Shown one piece after another: positions 50,044-60,063 of a stretch of 64,000 bases of DNA. The stretch's first letter is position 1; every line of letters begins with the position of its first letter. The notes beneath the pieces are model-generated. The model was not told where the DNA came from. It ran no database searches and saw only the letters and a program-made list of their open reading frames with translations. The position numbers and the translations under genes were made by a program. Source of the DNA: Flavobacteriales bacterium (GTDB lineage Bacteria > Bacteroidota > Bacteroidia > Palsa-965); assembly GCA_040377305.1 (NCBI GenBank), contig JBEIPA010000022.1:17503-81502 (forward strand), written 5' to 3'.

Positions 50044-50942
50044 AAAAAGTCATTGTTTTCGCTTTAGTGCTGTTGTCTGCGATTCGTATGAATGCGCAGG
50101 AGCTGAATTGCATGGTGCAGGTGGTTTCTCCGCAAATTCAGGGAACAACTGAGAAAAGGATTTTGGAGAATCTCCAGAAAGCCGTTTTCGAGTTCATGAA
50201 TAACACGAAATGGACCAGCGACATTTATTCGATTGAGGAGCGTATCAGCTGCAACATGATGATCAACGTTGTGGAAAAGTTGGGTACGGATGAATGGAAA
50301 GCCACAATTCAGCTTCAGTCAACGCGCCCTGCATTCAAATCATCTTACAATACGGTTCTACTCAACCATAACGACGCAGACTTCAATTTCCGTTATGTCG
50401 AGTTCCAGCCAATGGATTTTACAATCAACCAACACTTCAGTAACCTTACCTCGGTACTCGCTTATTATGCATACGTCATTATCGCAATGGATTACGACTC
50501 GTATTCTTTGAAAGGTGGTCAACCATGGTGGTCGAAAGCACAAACGATTGTGGCCAACGCACAGAACGCTCCGGAGAAAGGCTGGAAGTCCTCCGAAAGC
50601 ACAAAAAATCGGTACTGGTTCGTGGAGAACATGCTACAGCCGTTGTATGAGCCGCTTCGTGTTTGCATGTATAAGTATCATCGTCTTGGTTTCGACTTAA
50701 TGTACCAGGATGTTGAAGCAGGTCGCGCTGCATGTCTCGAAGCATTGCAGGGATTGGAAGCTATTCACAATCAGCGTCCGCTTTCCTTTCCTATGCAGGT
50801 GTTCTTCAACGCGAAGACAGATGAAATTGTGAAACTGTTTTCAGGTGGAACCACCGAGGAGAAAGGGAAGATTGTGCCGTTGTTACAGAAGATCGATCCG
50901 GGTCACGGTATACAATACCAGAAAATCAATCAGGCCCAATAA
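50040..50942 (+). CDS. porD: DUF4835 family protein (T9SS component PorD)
   Basis: AQELNC, EFMNNTKWT, NLTSVLAYYAY, YHRLGFD, FFNAKTDEI; follows coaBC. Confidence 0.85.
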   Translation: MKKVIVFALVLLSAIRMNAQELNCMVQVVSPQIQGTTEKRILENLQKAVFEFMNNTKWTSDIYSIEERISCNMMINVVEKLGTDEWKATIQLQSTRPAFKSSYNTVLLNHNDADFNFRYVEFQPMDFTINQHFSNLTSVLAYYAYVIIAMDYDSYSLKGGQPWWSKAQTIVANAQNAPEKGWKSSESTKNRYWFVENMLQPLYEPLRVCMYKYHRLGFDLMYQDVEAGRAACLEALQGLEAIHNQRPLSFPMQVFFNAKTDEIVKLFSGGTTEEKGKIVPLLQKIDPGHGIQYQKINQAQ

Positions 50943-51025
50943 AACCTTCAAGGTTTTAAGTTGATCAAATGCAATCTCGTTAATTTTCGGGTATAGTCAT
51001 GATTGTGATCAAACCTTAAAGGTTT
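50941..51025. mobile_element. Short non-coding element bounded by AAACCTTnAAGGTTT palindromes
   Basis: AAAACCTTCAAGGTTTT (50941-50957) and AAACCTTAAAGGTTT (51011-51025) sit between two copies of the porD 3' end. Confidence 0.55.
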
Positions 51026-51034
51026 AACCGGAGT

Positions 51035-51073
51035 CACGGTATCCAGTACCAGAAGATTAACCAGGCCCAGTAA
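51035..51073 (+). pseudogene. Displaced duplicate of the last 13 codons of porD
   Basis: Encodes HGIQYQKINQAQ* like 50904-50942, with 6 synonymous differences. Confidence 0.85.
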
Positions 51074-51077
51074 ACAG

Positions 51078-51268
51078 GTATGAGGAATGTGGGTCGAGGA
51101 ATGAGGGATGAAGAGTTAGATTCTAGCAAACCATTTGTGAACTCATAGAATCCACTTATCTACTTTACCGTTTTTAAAATTCCGTTCCATTGGAAAACTA
51201 CTTTCTATTGGTATTTCCGCATTCCACATACCCCATGCCCTGTCCCTCATCCCGCGTTCCGCATCCTT
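51078..51268. repeat. Inverted pair of heptamer tandem arrays
   Basis: Left gtatgag gaatgtg ggtcgag gaatgag ggatgaa; right gcattcc acatacc ccatgcc ctgtccc tcatccc gcgttcc gcatcct. Confidence 0.65.
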
Positions 51269-51327
51269 GATTTTCCTAACTTCGGCACAGTTTTGGATTC
51301 CAACCATCCATACCTACTGCTGATAAC

Positions 51328-52404
51328 ATGAAAACATCTACATTCCGTTCAAATGCGCTGAAATTCATAGCAGCGTCAATCATTCCGGTTCTTGCATTAA
51401 TGCCTTCCTGCAAAATGGGACACGCTTCCATGCAGGTTCTCGAACCAGCCGACGTAACACTTCCGGCTCACATTCAGAAATTCGTTCTCGCAGACCGTAC
51501 GCGTCCTGAAAAAGGAAACGGTCAGCAAGCGCTAAATATCCTTGAAGGAATTCTCACTGGCGAAGGAATTTTCCAGGACAAATGGGCTTCTGAAGATTGC
51601 CTTGAAGGCCTTCGTCAAAAACTGACAATGACTCCACGTTTTACGGTTACTGTTGCTGCACTTGATACTGCGCTAAAAGGAACAGGACGTCGTCAAACGA
51701 AACCACCACTTGATTGGGGAACGGTATCAAGACTTCTTGGTGGAGATACAACTTCTGCACTTGTTGTATTGGAAGCATTTGACTCGAACACAAACCTTAC
51801 GAATGAAGTTGTGAATACAACGAAAACTGTAAATGGAGAAAACATTACAGTTCCGGAGTATCGCACACACAGCCGGGTTCAGGTGTGGACTGTTTGGAGA
51901 ACTTACGATCTCAAAACAAAAACAATCGTTGATCAGTTTACACAAGAAAGTTGGAGACAGTTCGACGGCGCAGGAGCTACACAAGCAGAAGCTGAAAGTC
52001 GTCTTCCGAACCGTTCTGATATGTCGAGTCGTGCAGGTGTTCACGCGGGACAAGAGTACGGACACCGTATTTCTCCGCAGTACGTTTGGGTTTCACGCGA
52101 GTACTACCGAAAAGGAAATGCTGAGATGAAATCAGCAGGTAAAATGGCAAGGTACAATAACTGGAAGATGGCTGCAGAAGTATGGAACAAGCAAGCGACC
52201 AGCTCTGATCCGAAAATTGCTCGTCGTGCCAGCATGAATATGGCTCTTGCAGCAGAACAAACCGGAGATATCGATCTCGCAATTCAATGGTGCGAACGCG
52301 CTGTTCAGATGGGCGACAAAAAAGCAATGCGATACTTACAAACTCTGCAGTACAGAAAAGCTCAGAATGAGCGACTGAAGCAGCAGATGAATGGCAAGCA
52401 ATAA
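51328..52404 (+). CDS. TPR-containing lipoprotein (DUF6340-like)
   Basis: Lipobox LMPSC, VLEPADVTLP, WVSREYY, C-terminal TPR NMALAAEQTGD. Confidence 0.75.
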   Translation: MKTSTFRSNALKFIAASIIPVLALMPSCKMGHASMQVLEPADVTLPAHIQKFVLADRTRPEKGNGQQALNILEGILTGEGIFQDKWASEDCLEGLRQKLTMTPRFTVTVAALDTALKGTGRRQTKPPLDWGTVSRLLGGDTTSALVVLEAFDSNTNLTNEVVNTTKTVNGENITVPEYRTHSRVQVWTVWRTYDLKTKTIVDQFTQESWRQFDGAGATQAEAESRLPNRSDMSSRAGVHAGQEYGHRISPQYVWVSREYYRKGNAEMKSAGKMARYNNWKMAAEVWNKQATSSDPKIARRASMNMALAAEQTGDIDLAIQWCERAVQMGDKKAMRYLQTLQYRKAQNERLKQQMNGKQ

Positions 52405-52435
52405 AAAAAAGACCGCGAAAAGCGGTCTTTTTTTT
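52403..52435. terminator. Bidirectional intrinsic terminator
   Basis: AAAAAAAAGACCGC-GAAAA-GCGGTCTTTTTTTT. Confidence 0.85.
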
Positions 52436-52538
52436 GATGTGCCGATATGCCGATTTTCGATATGCCGATTGCGTAATGTGCTAATAACACGTTAGAATCT
52501 TGAGTTAGCACATTAGCAAATTACCCCATTAGCACATT
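52436..52538. repeat. Inverted pair of octamer tandem arrays
   Basis: gatgtgcc gatatgcc ... aatgtgct, then ttagcaca ttagcaaa ttacccca ttagcaca. Confidence 0.7.
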
Positions 52539-52549
52539 AACTTTGCGGC

Positions 52550-53587
52550 GTGTATCGCTACCTCCTGCGGCCATTTCTTTTTTTAGTCGACCCCGAAAAA
52601 GTTCACTATTTCGTTTTCGATTGCCTGCGTTTCTTCATGCGTGTGCCGGGATTCAAATCCTTGTTTCGTGCGATGTATGCGGTGAATGACAAACGTCTTG
52701 AACGAACAGTTTTCGGTTTGACGTTTCCGAATCCTGTGGGCCTTGCGGCCGGACTTGACAAAGACGCAAAGGTGTCTGATGAGCTCGGCATTATCGGTTT
52801 CGGTTTTATTGAGATCGGAACGCTAACACCGAAAGGTCAGCCGGGAAATGACAAACCACGATTATTCCGCTTGCGTCCGGATTCCGGATTGATTAACCGC
52901 ATGGGCTTTAACAACGAAGGCGTTGATGCTGCTGTTGCGCGTTTGAAGAAACGAAAAACGAAAGTCATCATCGGCGGAAACATCGGTAAGAACAAAGTCA
53001 CTCCGAACGAAGAAGCAACTTCCGATTATGAGAAATGTTTCGAAGTGCTTTTCGATCACGTGGATTACTTTGTTGTGAACGTAAGCTCACCGAATACACC
53101 CAATCTTCGCGAGTTGCAGGACAAAGCACCACTCACTGCATTGTTGTCGCGACTGAAGGAATTGAATTCACTTAAGAAAAATCCAAAACCAATTCTGTTG
53201 AAGATTGCACCGGATCTCACGGATTCGCAACTTGACGACATTATTGACATTGTGAAGTCAACGAAGATCGATGGAGTTGTTGCGACAAATACAACAATTT
53301 CACGCGAAGGATTAAACACGCCGCCAGAACGATTGAAAGAAATCGGAATGGGTGGACTCAGCGGAAAACCATTGACCAAGCGCGCAACAGAAGTTATCCG
53401 ATATTTGCATACGAAGTCGGGAGCAAGCTTTCCGATTATTGGAGTAGGAGGGATTCACTCTGCAGAAGATGCATTGGAGAAATTAGATGCGGGTGCAACG
53501 CTTGTGCAACTTTATACCGGCTTCATTTACGAAGGGCCAAAACTTATTACACGTATAAACAAGGCTTTGCTGTCTCGCACCAAATGA
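52550..53587 (+). CDS. pyrD: Quinone-dependent dihydroorotate dehydrogenase
   Basis: [46 protein letters not shown]. Confidence 0.96.
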   Translation: MYRYLLRPFLFLVDPEKVHYFVFDCLRFFMRVPGFKSLFRAMYAVNDKRLERTVFGLTFPNPVGLAAGLDKDAKVSDELGIIGFGFIEIGTLTPKGQPGNDKPRLFRLRPDSGLINRMGFNNEGVDAAVARLKKRKTKVIIGGNIGKNKVTPNEEATSDYEKCFEVLFDHVDYFVVNVSSPNTPNLRELQDKAPLTALLSRLKELNSLKKNPKPILLKIAPDLTDSQLDDIIDIVKSTKIDGVVATNTTISREGLNTPPERLKEIGMGGLSGKPLTKRATEVIRYLHTKSGASFPIIGVGGIHSAEDALEKLDAGATLVQLYTGFIYEGPKLITRINKALLSRTK

Positions 53588-53626
53588 TGTGCTGATTTGC
53601 AGATATGCCGATATGCTGATGAAAAG

Positions 53627-54484
53627 ATGAGCAAAGAACTACAACTAATAGAATGTCCACGCGATGCGATGCAGGGCATTGAGGAATTTATTCCAACGGA
53701 AAAGAAAGCGGCATACATCAATCAGTTGCTGAAATGCGACTTCGACACGATGGATTTCGGAAGCTTCGTTTCTGAAAAGGCGATTCCGCAAATGCGTGAT
53801 ACAGCTGAAGTGCTTGAGTTGCTTGATCTGGGTATCTCGAACACGAAACTGCTCGCCATTGTTGCGAACAAACGTGGTGCGCAAGACGCTTTGGAGTTTG
53901 GTGAAATCGAATGTCTCGGTTTTCCGTTTTCAATTTCTGAAACTTTCCAGCAACGCAATACCAATTCGTCCATTGAAGAATCGATGAAGCGTGTTGATGA
54001 AATTCAGACGCTGTGCATCAAGAAGAAACGCAAGCTTATCGTTTACATTTCAATGGCATTCGGAAATCCGTATGGCGATGCGTGGAATACAGATGTTGTG
54101 ATGCATTGGGCGAAAGAACTATCATGGCGCGGAATAGAAACACTTGCACTGGCAGATACAACTGGAGTTTCTACTCCGGAAAATATCACGCAACTTTTCT
54201 CGAATCTCATTCCGGAATTTCCGCGCGTGAACTTCGGAGCACATCTTCACACGACTCCAGAAACATGGAGAGAGAAAGTTGACGCAGCATGGAATGCCGG
54301 TTGTCGCCGTTTTGATTCTGCCGTGAAAGGTTATGGCGGATGTCCAATGGCCGAAGACAAACTCACAGGCAATATGCCAACGGAGAAGTTGTTGAGTTAC
54401 TTCGCAGAAAAGAAAATCGCGACAGGAATTAAAGAAAGTGAGTTTGCGAAAGCGCTTGTTGCATCATCAGAAGTTTTTGGATAG
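53627..54484 (+). CDS. Hydroxymethylglutaryl-CoA lyase
   Basis: IECPRDAMQG, GSFVS, HLH, GYGGCPMA...GNMPTE; start at ATG 53627. Confidence 0.92.
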   Translation: MSKELQLIECPRDAMQGIEEFIPTEKKAAYINQLLKCDFDTMDFGSFVSEKAIPQMRDTAEVLELLDLGISNTKLLAIVANKRGAQDALEFGEIECLGFPFSISETFQQRNTNSSIEESMKRVDEIQTLCIKKKRKLIVYISMAFGNPYGDAWNTDVVMHWAKELSWRGIETLALADTTGVSTPENITQLFSNLIPEFPRVNFGAHLHTTPETWREKVDAAWNAGCRRFDSAVKGYGGCPMAEDKLTGNMPTEKLLSYFAEKKIATGIKESEFAKALVASSEVFG

Positions 54485-54574
54485 CCTGCGGCGCTAACCA
54501 CGGCGATCCGGAGTAACGGCTGACTAAATTTAGCACATTAACCCTCCGCCGCGGCGGAAGCAAATTAGCACATT

Positions 54575-54610
54575 AAAAAGCCCCGAATGCTTACGCTATC
54601 GGGGCTTTTC
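54575..54610. terminator. Bidirectional terminator
   Basis: AAAAAGCCCCGA...TCGGGGCTTTT between convergent genes. Confidence 0.8.
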
Positions 54611-54634
54611 TATATTGAATTGTATTGCTAGTTC

Positions 54635-55030
54635 TTAGTGTGAACCGAGATCATCAAACGAAACATCCGTAGTAACGGGTTGTTCGTTGTTGTGTGACTC
54701 CGTATGCGAAGGTGCTTCGTTGTTAGCATGTCCATTTTCATGACCATTGCCATTGCCCAAACTGTTGTTGCGGTTCTTGATGAAGTCAATTACTTCATGT
54801 AATCCGTCAGCGAACTTGTCGAAGTCTTCTTTGTAAAGGAACAATTTGTGTTTCTCGTAATGGAAACGTCCGTCATCACCAAAGCGCTTTTTGCTTTCGG
54901 TAATTGTCAGGTAGTAGTCATTTCCTTTCGTGGCTTTCACGTCAAAGAAATACGTACGCTTACCCGCCTTCACAGGTCTCGAAAAAATTTCGCCAGCATC
55001 TCCAAAGCCCTGGCGCTCTTCGTTTGTCAT
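54635..55030 (-). CDS. DUF3276 / PUR-family nucleic-acid-binding protein
   Basis: VKAGKRTYFFDVKATKGNDYYLTITESKK...HKLFLYKEDF. Confidence 0.9.
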   Translation of the reverse strand: MTNEERQGFGDAGEIFSRPVKAGKRTYFFDVKATKGNDYYLTITESKKRFGDDGRFHYEKHKLFLYKEDFDKFADGLHEVIDFIKNRNNSLGNGNGHENGHANNEAPSHTESHNNEQPVTTDVSFDDLGSH

Positions 55031-55213
55031 CGGTTTTTGGTTGGTGTATTACAAAATTAACAAAATACATGACAGTGCCAAACGATAAGTAGCTTATTTA
55101 CAGCGGTTTCGTCGAATTGGTGTAGATACTTAGTTTGGGGTTAATTAATTGAAAATCAACAAAAAGTGAAAGAATTTCAAGCCTCAAAGGGGATATCTGC
55201 GATATGACAACTT

Positions 55214-55244
55214 AACCCTGCAAGGGTTTAACCCTTGCAGGGTT
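55214..55244. repeat. REP palindrome (same family as 8960-9078)
   Basis: AACCCTGCAAGGGTT-T-AACCCTTGCAGGGTT perfect palindrome. Confidence 0.85.
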
Positions 55245-55269
55245 GTTGTACTTTTGCCCCGGCAGCCTT

Positions 55270-56823
55270 ATGAAACATTTCCTCTACCTCACCGCGGGTT
55301 TATTCCTGCACTTGTCTGTTTTTGCACAGACTACTTTCCAAAAAACTTTTGACCTCTCACAGGACGATGAATTTCTTTCGTGCATTCAAGTGAGTGATGG
55401 CGGATATCTCATGGGAGGATATTCACTTGGTGTTCCATTCGGTGGAATAGTTGTCAAGACGTGGAACGACGGAACTGTTCAGTGGTCAAAGTCTGTTGGT
55501 GGAACTCAAATCACCGACGTTGTTGAAACACCTGCAGGAATGTTTTATGTAGCTGGTGTAAACAACGTAAGCTCGAATACAAATTTCTTCCTGGTGAAAT
55601 TGAACAGCGCAGGAACAGTTGTGTGGTCGCGCACTTATGGAAAAACTTCTGAACCCGATGCGTTGTATTCAATGGCTTTGTGTCCCGACGGCGGAGTAAT
55701 TCTCTCAGGCAGTGCGGACTCAACAGCAGGATCCGGATTTCTTCCAATGGGTTACATCGTGAAAGTAGATTCGTCAGGCAATCACGAATGGTCGCGTTAC
55801 ATGAGTGGTGGTAACGGAGAAATATTTTACGTTACCAAACCTGTGAGTAGCGGAGGATATCTTTCCTGCGGATACACCGGCAGCTTTGGTTCGCAGGTGG
55901 GAACAGAAGCGTATGCGGTTCGTTGGGATGCAAATGGAAATGTGTTGTGGACAACAGTATTTGGTCACAACAATCGCTTTGATCGCATTTACGATTTCGT
56001 TGAGAAACCAACCGGTGGATTTTATGTTACCGGAAAAGGATTGTACACTTCTACGAACGATAATCTTTTTCTCGCAAGTCTCGATAACGCAGGACAGGTG
56101 GTTTGGCATCACAACTACAATATGTATGATGATGTGCAACGATTGCTTTTGTTGCAGGATGGAAATCTCGCGATGTGCGGATACAACATTGATCTGAATC
56201 TTTCCGTGTACAACCAGAGTTACCTCATCAAAACTGATACAACGGGAACTGTAATGTGGGCGAAGCAATACGGCGCTTCCGGTCTGATTGACGATAAATT
56301 GTGGTGTGCATATCAAACAACGGATGGTGGTTTTCTGCTTGCAGGAAGTACTTACGGAACAGGTGTAATGCGCACTTCCTGGATGGTTCGAACAGATAGC
56401 GTAGGAGGAAGTACTTGTCGCGATTCTGTTCTCAATGTTGTGCAGACGAGTCTCACGATTGCGCAAACTAGTGGGGGCACAATGTCTACTGCTTCTTTCA
56501 ATTCAAATCAGGCGGTAGGACAAATGAATGCGAACATGACGCAACAATATTTTTGCGGAGGACCAACATCAGTCGTTCAGTGGACGGTTGGGGAGTCGGT
56601 TGTGAATGCGTATCCGATTCCTTCGCGTGATGTCTTGAATATTGAAGCAGATCCGGAGAATTTTGCAGTGGCACGAATATATTCACTGGACGGAAGACTG
56701 GTGTTGCAGCATATCATCACTGATCGCAGAACAACAATTGATATTTCGGTGCTCCCATCGGGTGTTTATACGCTCGAGTTGAAAGGTGCATCTCACAGCA
56801 CTACAAAGATTGTGGTGGAGTAG
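55270..56823 (+). CDS. T9SS secreted beta-propeller protein
   Basis: Signal peptide from ATG 55270; repeated DGGY/F...LVKxDSxGxxxW units; YPIPS...SGVYTL CTD. Confidence 0.85.
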   Translation: MKHFLYLTAGLFLHLSVFAQTTFQKTFDLSQDDEFLSCIQVSDGGYLMGGYSLGVPFGGIVVKTWNDGTVQWSKSVGGTQITDVVETPAGMFYVAGVNNVSSNTNFFLVKLNSAGTVVWSRTYGKTSEPDALYSMALCPDGGVILSGSADSTAGSGFLPMGYIVKVDSSGNHEWSRYMSGGNGEIFYVTKPVSSGGYLSCGYTGSFGSQVGTEAYAVRWDANGNVLWTTVFGHNNRFDRIYDFVEKPTGGFYVTGKGLYTSTNDNLFLASLDNAGQVVWHHNYNMYDDVQRLLLLQDGNLAMCGYNIDLNLSVYNQSYLIKTDTTGTVMWAKQYGASGLIDDKLWCAYQTTDGGFLLAGSTYGTGVMRTSWMVRTDSVGGSTCRDSVLNVVQTSLTIAQTSGGTMSTASFNSNQAVGQMNANMTQQYFCGGPTSVVQWTVGESVVNAYPIPSRDVLNIEADPENFAVARIYSLDGRLVLQHIITDRRTTIDISVLPSGVYTLELKGASHSTTKIVVE

Positions 56824-56838
56824 ACAGTTCTAATTTCA

Positions 56839-56964
56839 ACCGCCAAGACGCCAAAACGCCAAGGTTGGTGTACAAGTGATTGGGAAAAACCCTGACTGAG
56901 CCTTCTTGTGATTGGAATCAATCCTTAAGAGAAAAATTTCTTGGCGTTTTGGCGCCTTAGCGGT
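56839..56964. repeat. Element with 25-bp imperfect inverted repeats
   Basis: ACCGCCAAGACGCCAAAACGCCAAG / CTTGGCGTTTTGGCGCCTTAGCGGT (2 mismatches). Confidence 0.8.
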
Positions 56965-56988
56965 CAAAATAGCAAACAACTGGTTGCA

Positions 56989-58746
56989 TTACTTCCGCAA
57001 ATCATCAACCTGCTTCTTGTACAGCTCTGCATACAACCCATTCTTCTGAATAAGTTGCTCATGCGTTCCTTCTTCAGCAACGCCTCCGTTTGCCATCACA
57101 ATGATATGATCTGCATTGCGCACAGATGAAACACGATGACTGATGATAATCGTCGTTTTTCCATTCATGATGCGTTCCAGATTGCCGAGAATTTCTTCTT
57201 CCGTTTCTGTATCAACTGCAGAAAGACAATCGTCGAATACTAAAACTTTTGGGTGAGTTACAATGGCACGCGCAATCGAAATACGTTGCTTCTGTCCGCC
57301 AGAAAGTGTTACGCCTCGTTCACCAACCATCGTCTGGAAGTTCTCCGGGAACTCCATGATGTTCGCATAAATCGCAGCATCTTTCGCCGCCTGCTTCACA
57401 GCATTATCGTCGTTGCCTGTTGTTTGTGAGTTGAACCGGATGTTTTCTGCAATTGTATCGGAGAACAAGAAAACTTCCTGTGGAACATATCCGGTGTTCG
57501 CACGGAACTCATCGAGATTGATCTTGCGAATGTCTTTATCGTCAATGAGCACCTGACCTTCACTCACATCATACAATCGAAGCAACACCTGTGCAACTGT
57601 TGATTTCCCCGAACCGGTGTGACCAAGAATTGCTACTGATTCACCTGGCTTAGCAGTGAAAGAAAAATTATTCAACGCTTTGATTCCGGAATCAGGATAG
57701 ACGAAACTTACGTTCTTGAATTCAATTTTTCCCTGAAGATTCAATGCGTCTGTAGTTGCGCTTTTGATCGCCGGTTCAGTATCCAGAAACTCATTGATGC
57801 GAATCTGCGATGCTGCTGCACGCTGAACAAGGGAAGTCACCCAACCCAGTGCTGCAATCGGCCATGTTAGACGAATGACAAACAACACGAACGCGGTAAT
57901 CATTCCGACACTTATTTTTCCGGCAATGGCATCCATTCCACCAACATAAACGGTGAGAAGGATACTCAATCCGATCAGCAACATCATGAATGGCTGAAAC
58001 AATGCTTCGGTTTTCGCGAGACCGAGACTTCGTTTGCGATATTCTTCCGCCTCATTTGCAAAACGTTCCTGCGTGTGATCTTCGTGTGCGAACGCTTTCA
58101 CCACGCGAATACCGGAAAATGCTTCCTGCGCACGACTCGATAGCAGTGAAAGTTGTCCCTGAACTTTGAGACTTTTCTTGTTGATGATATTACTTACGAG
58201 GTAGATTGTGATTGTAAGAACAGGAAGCGGAGCGAGTACGAACAACGTAAGTTTCACATCCTGCTCGAGCATGAATAAGATTGTCATCACTAAAGTCACC
58301 ACCGTTGTAATCGTGTACATCACAGCCGGACCGGTATACATACGTACACGACCAACATCTTCACTGATACGATTCATCAGATCGCCGGTGTTGTTGCGTT
58401 TGTAGAACGACTGATCGAGTTTCTGGTAGTGCTCAAAGATTTCATTCTTCATATCGTACTCAATGAGTCGCGACATGACGATAATTGTTTGTCGGTTCAG
58501 GAAGAGGAAGAATCCGAAGATTAATGTGTGCAGAATGATCTCAAGTCCGAACATTAAGAGAATGTGATTGACCTGATCTGCGGGTAAATTATGCTCTGCA
58601 GCGAATCCTGCGAAGTCAAGTCCTTCACCCAATAAATTGACCGGACTTAAGCTGAAGTACGTGGAAACCAGAATGAAAACGATGCCCGAGAAAAATCGAA
58701 CCTTGTACTTCCAGAAATATTTGTTCAGATGACCTAGCGCTTTCAA
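56989..58746 (-). CDS. ABC exporter, fused permease/ATP-binding (MdlA-like)
   Basis: TM domain; GHTGSGKS, LSGGQKQRISIAR, FDDCLSAVD. Confidence 0.93.
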   Translation of the reverse strand: MKALGHLNKYFWKYKVRFFSGIVFILVSTYFSLSPVNLLGEGLDFAGFAAEHNLPADQVNHILLMFGLEIILHTLIFGFFLFLNRQTIIVMSRLIEYDMKNEIFEHYQKLDQSFYKRNNTGDLMNRISEDVGRVRMYTGPAVMYTITTVVTLVMTILFMLEQDVKLTLFVLAPLPVLTITIYLVSNIINKKSLKVQGQLSLLSSRAQEAFSGIRVVKAFAHEDHTQERFANEAEEYRKRSLGLAKTEALFQPFMMLLIGLSILLTVYVGGMDAIAGKISVGMITAFVLFVIRLTWPIAALGWVTSLVQRAAASQIRINEFLDTEPAIKSATTDALNLQGKIEFKNVSFVYPDSGIKALNNFSFTAKPGESVAILGHTGSGKSTVAQVLLRLYDVSEGQVLIDDKDIRKINLDEFRANTGYVPQEVFLFSDTIAENIRFNSQTTGNDDNAVKQAAKDAAIYANIMEFPENFQTMVGERGVTLSGGQKQRISIARAIVTHPKVLVFDDCLSAVDTETEEEILGNLERIMNGKTTIIISHRVSSVRNADHIIVMANGGVAEEGTHEQLIQKNGLYAELYKKQVDDLRK

Positions 58747-58877
58747 CTTCCTATCAGATTCAGCCGGATTTTCGTGAGAAAAAACAGCTACTTTTGTGCC
58801 CTCTCAGCGAAGGAGTCCCTTCGCGAGAATAACAAGAGCAAAATTAAGGAAATTAATCCCCTTAAAAACGAGCTGAT

Positions 58878-59975
58878 ATGGTATCCGTAAACGAGCAGCA
58901 GGTTCAATCGGGCCCTATGACACAAATGGGCGTCTTCGATCATGAACAAGTCGTATTCTGTAATGACAATACAACTGGTCTCAAAGCAATTATCGCTATT
59001 CATAATACGACACTCGGACCCGCTCTTGGTGGAACACGTATGTGGCCTTATGCGGCTGAGGCTGAAGCGTTGACAGACGTCCTGCGTCTTTCCCGTGGCA
59101 TGACTTACAAGGCAGCCGTTGCCGGATTGAATCTTGGCGGAGGTAAAGCTGTGATTATTGGCGACTCCCGAAAAGACAAAGGCGAAGCAATGATGCGTCG
59201 TTTCGGAAAGTTCGTGAACAGTCTTGGCGGAAAGTATATTACTGCAGAAGATGTTGGAATCGGCACCCGTGATATGGAATACGTACACATGGAAACAAAA
59301 CATGTGACCGGAATTCCACCGGCATTGGGTGGAAGCGGAGATCCTTCTCCGGTAACTGCATTCGGTGTTTATATGGGAATGAAAGCTGCAGCACAAGAAC
59401 GTTGGGGCAGCGACAGTCTTGCAGGAAAGAAAGTAGTTGTGCAGGGCGTTGGCAACGTTGGTTCACACCTCGTTGATCATCTCATGAAAGAAGGTGCGAA
59501 AGTTACGATCTGCGACATCTATGATGACCGTATTTCCATGGTGACGCAGAAACATTCGGGAGTAGCTGTTGTTGATGGAAATGCACTTTTCACATTGGAC
59601 ATGGATATTTACGCGCCATGTGCTTTGGGTGCTACCGTGAATGATGAAACGCTCGCTCAACTGAAGTGTTCAATCATCTGCGGAGCTGCAAACAATCAAC
59701 TTGCAGACGAAACGAAGCACGGAAAAATTGTGATGGAGAAAGGAATTCTCTACGCACCGGATTACGTGGTAAACGCTGGCGGACTGATCAACGTTTATTC
59801 GGAAGTTGCAGGCTTCGGAACAGATTACGCAATGAAACAGGCGGAGAATATTTTTGCAACAACTGCAAGTATTTTTGCGCTTTCAAAAAAAGAAAATATC
59901 CCGACATATCTCGCCGCAAATAAAACAGCGGAGAAGCGATTGTCTGGTATTGCACATATTCGCACTCGTCGTTAA
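58878..59975 (+). CDS. Leucine dehydrogenase (Glu/Leu/Phe/Val family)
   Basis: IAIHNTTLGPALGGTRM, RLSRGMTYK, TAEDVG, QGVGNVG, GAANNQL. Confidence 0.93.
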   Translation: MVSVNEQQVQSGPMTQMGVFDHEQVVFCNDNTTGLKAIIAIHNTTLGPALGGTRMWPYAAEAEALTDVLRLSRGMTYKAAVAGLNLGGGKAVIIGDSRKDKGEAMMRRFGKFVNSLGGKYITAEDVGIGTRDMEYVHMETKHVTGIPPALGGSGDPSPVTAFGVYMGMKAAAQERWGSDSLAGKKVVVQGVGNVGSHLVDHLMKEGAKVTICDIYDDRISMVTQKHSGVAVVDGNALFTLDMDIYAPCALGATVNDETLAQLKCSIICGAANNQLADETKHGKIVMEKGILYAPDYVVNAGGLINVYSEVAGFGTDYAMKQAENIFATTASIFALSKKENIPTYLAANKTAEKRLSGIAHIRTRR

Positions 59976-60063
59976 TGCCAAATGCCCAATACTCAATGTT
60001 CAATTTTCAACTGAAAGTAGGGCTGTTGAATTGAATAACACTACTAGAATTTAAGTTCTTTAT

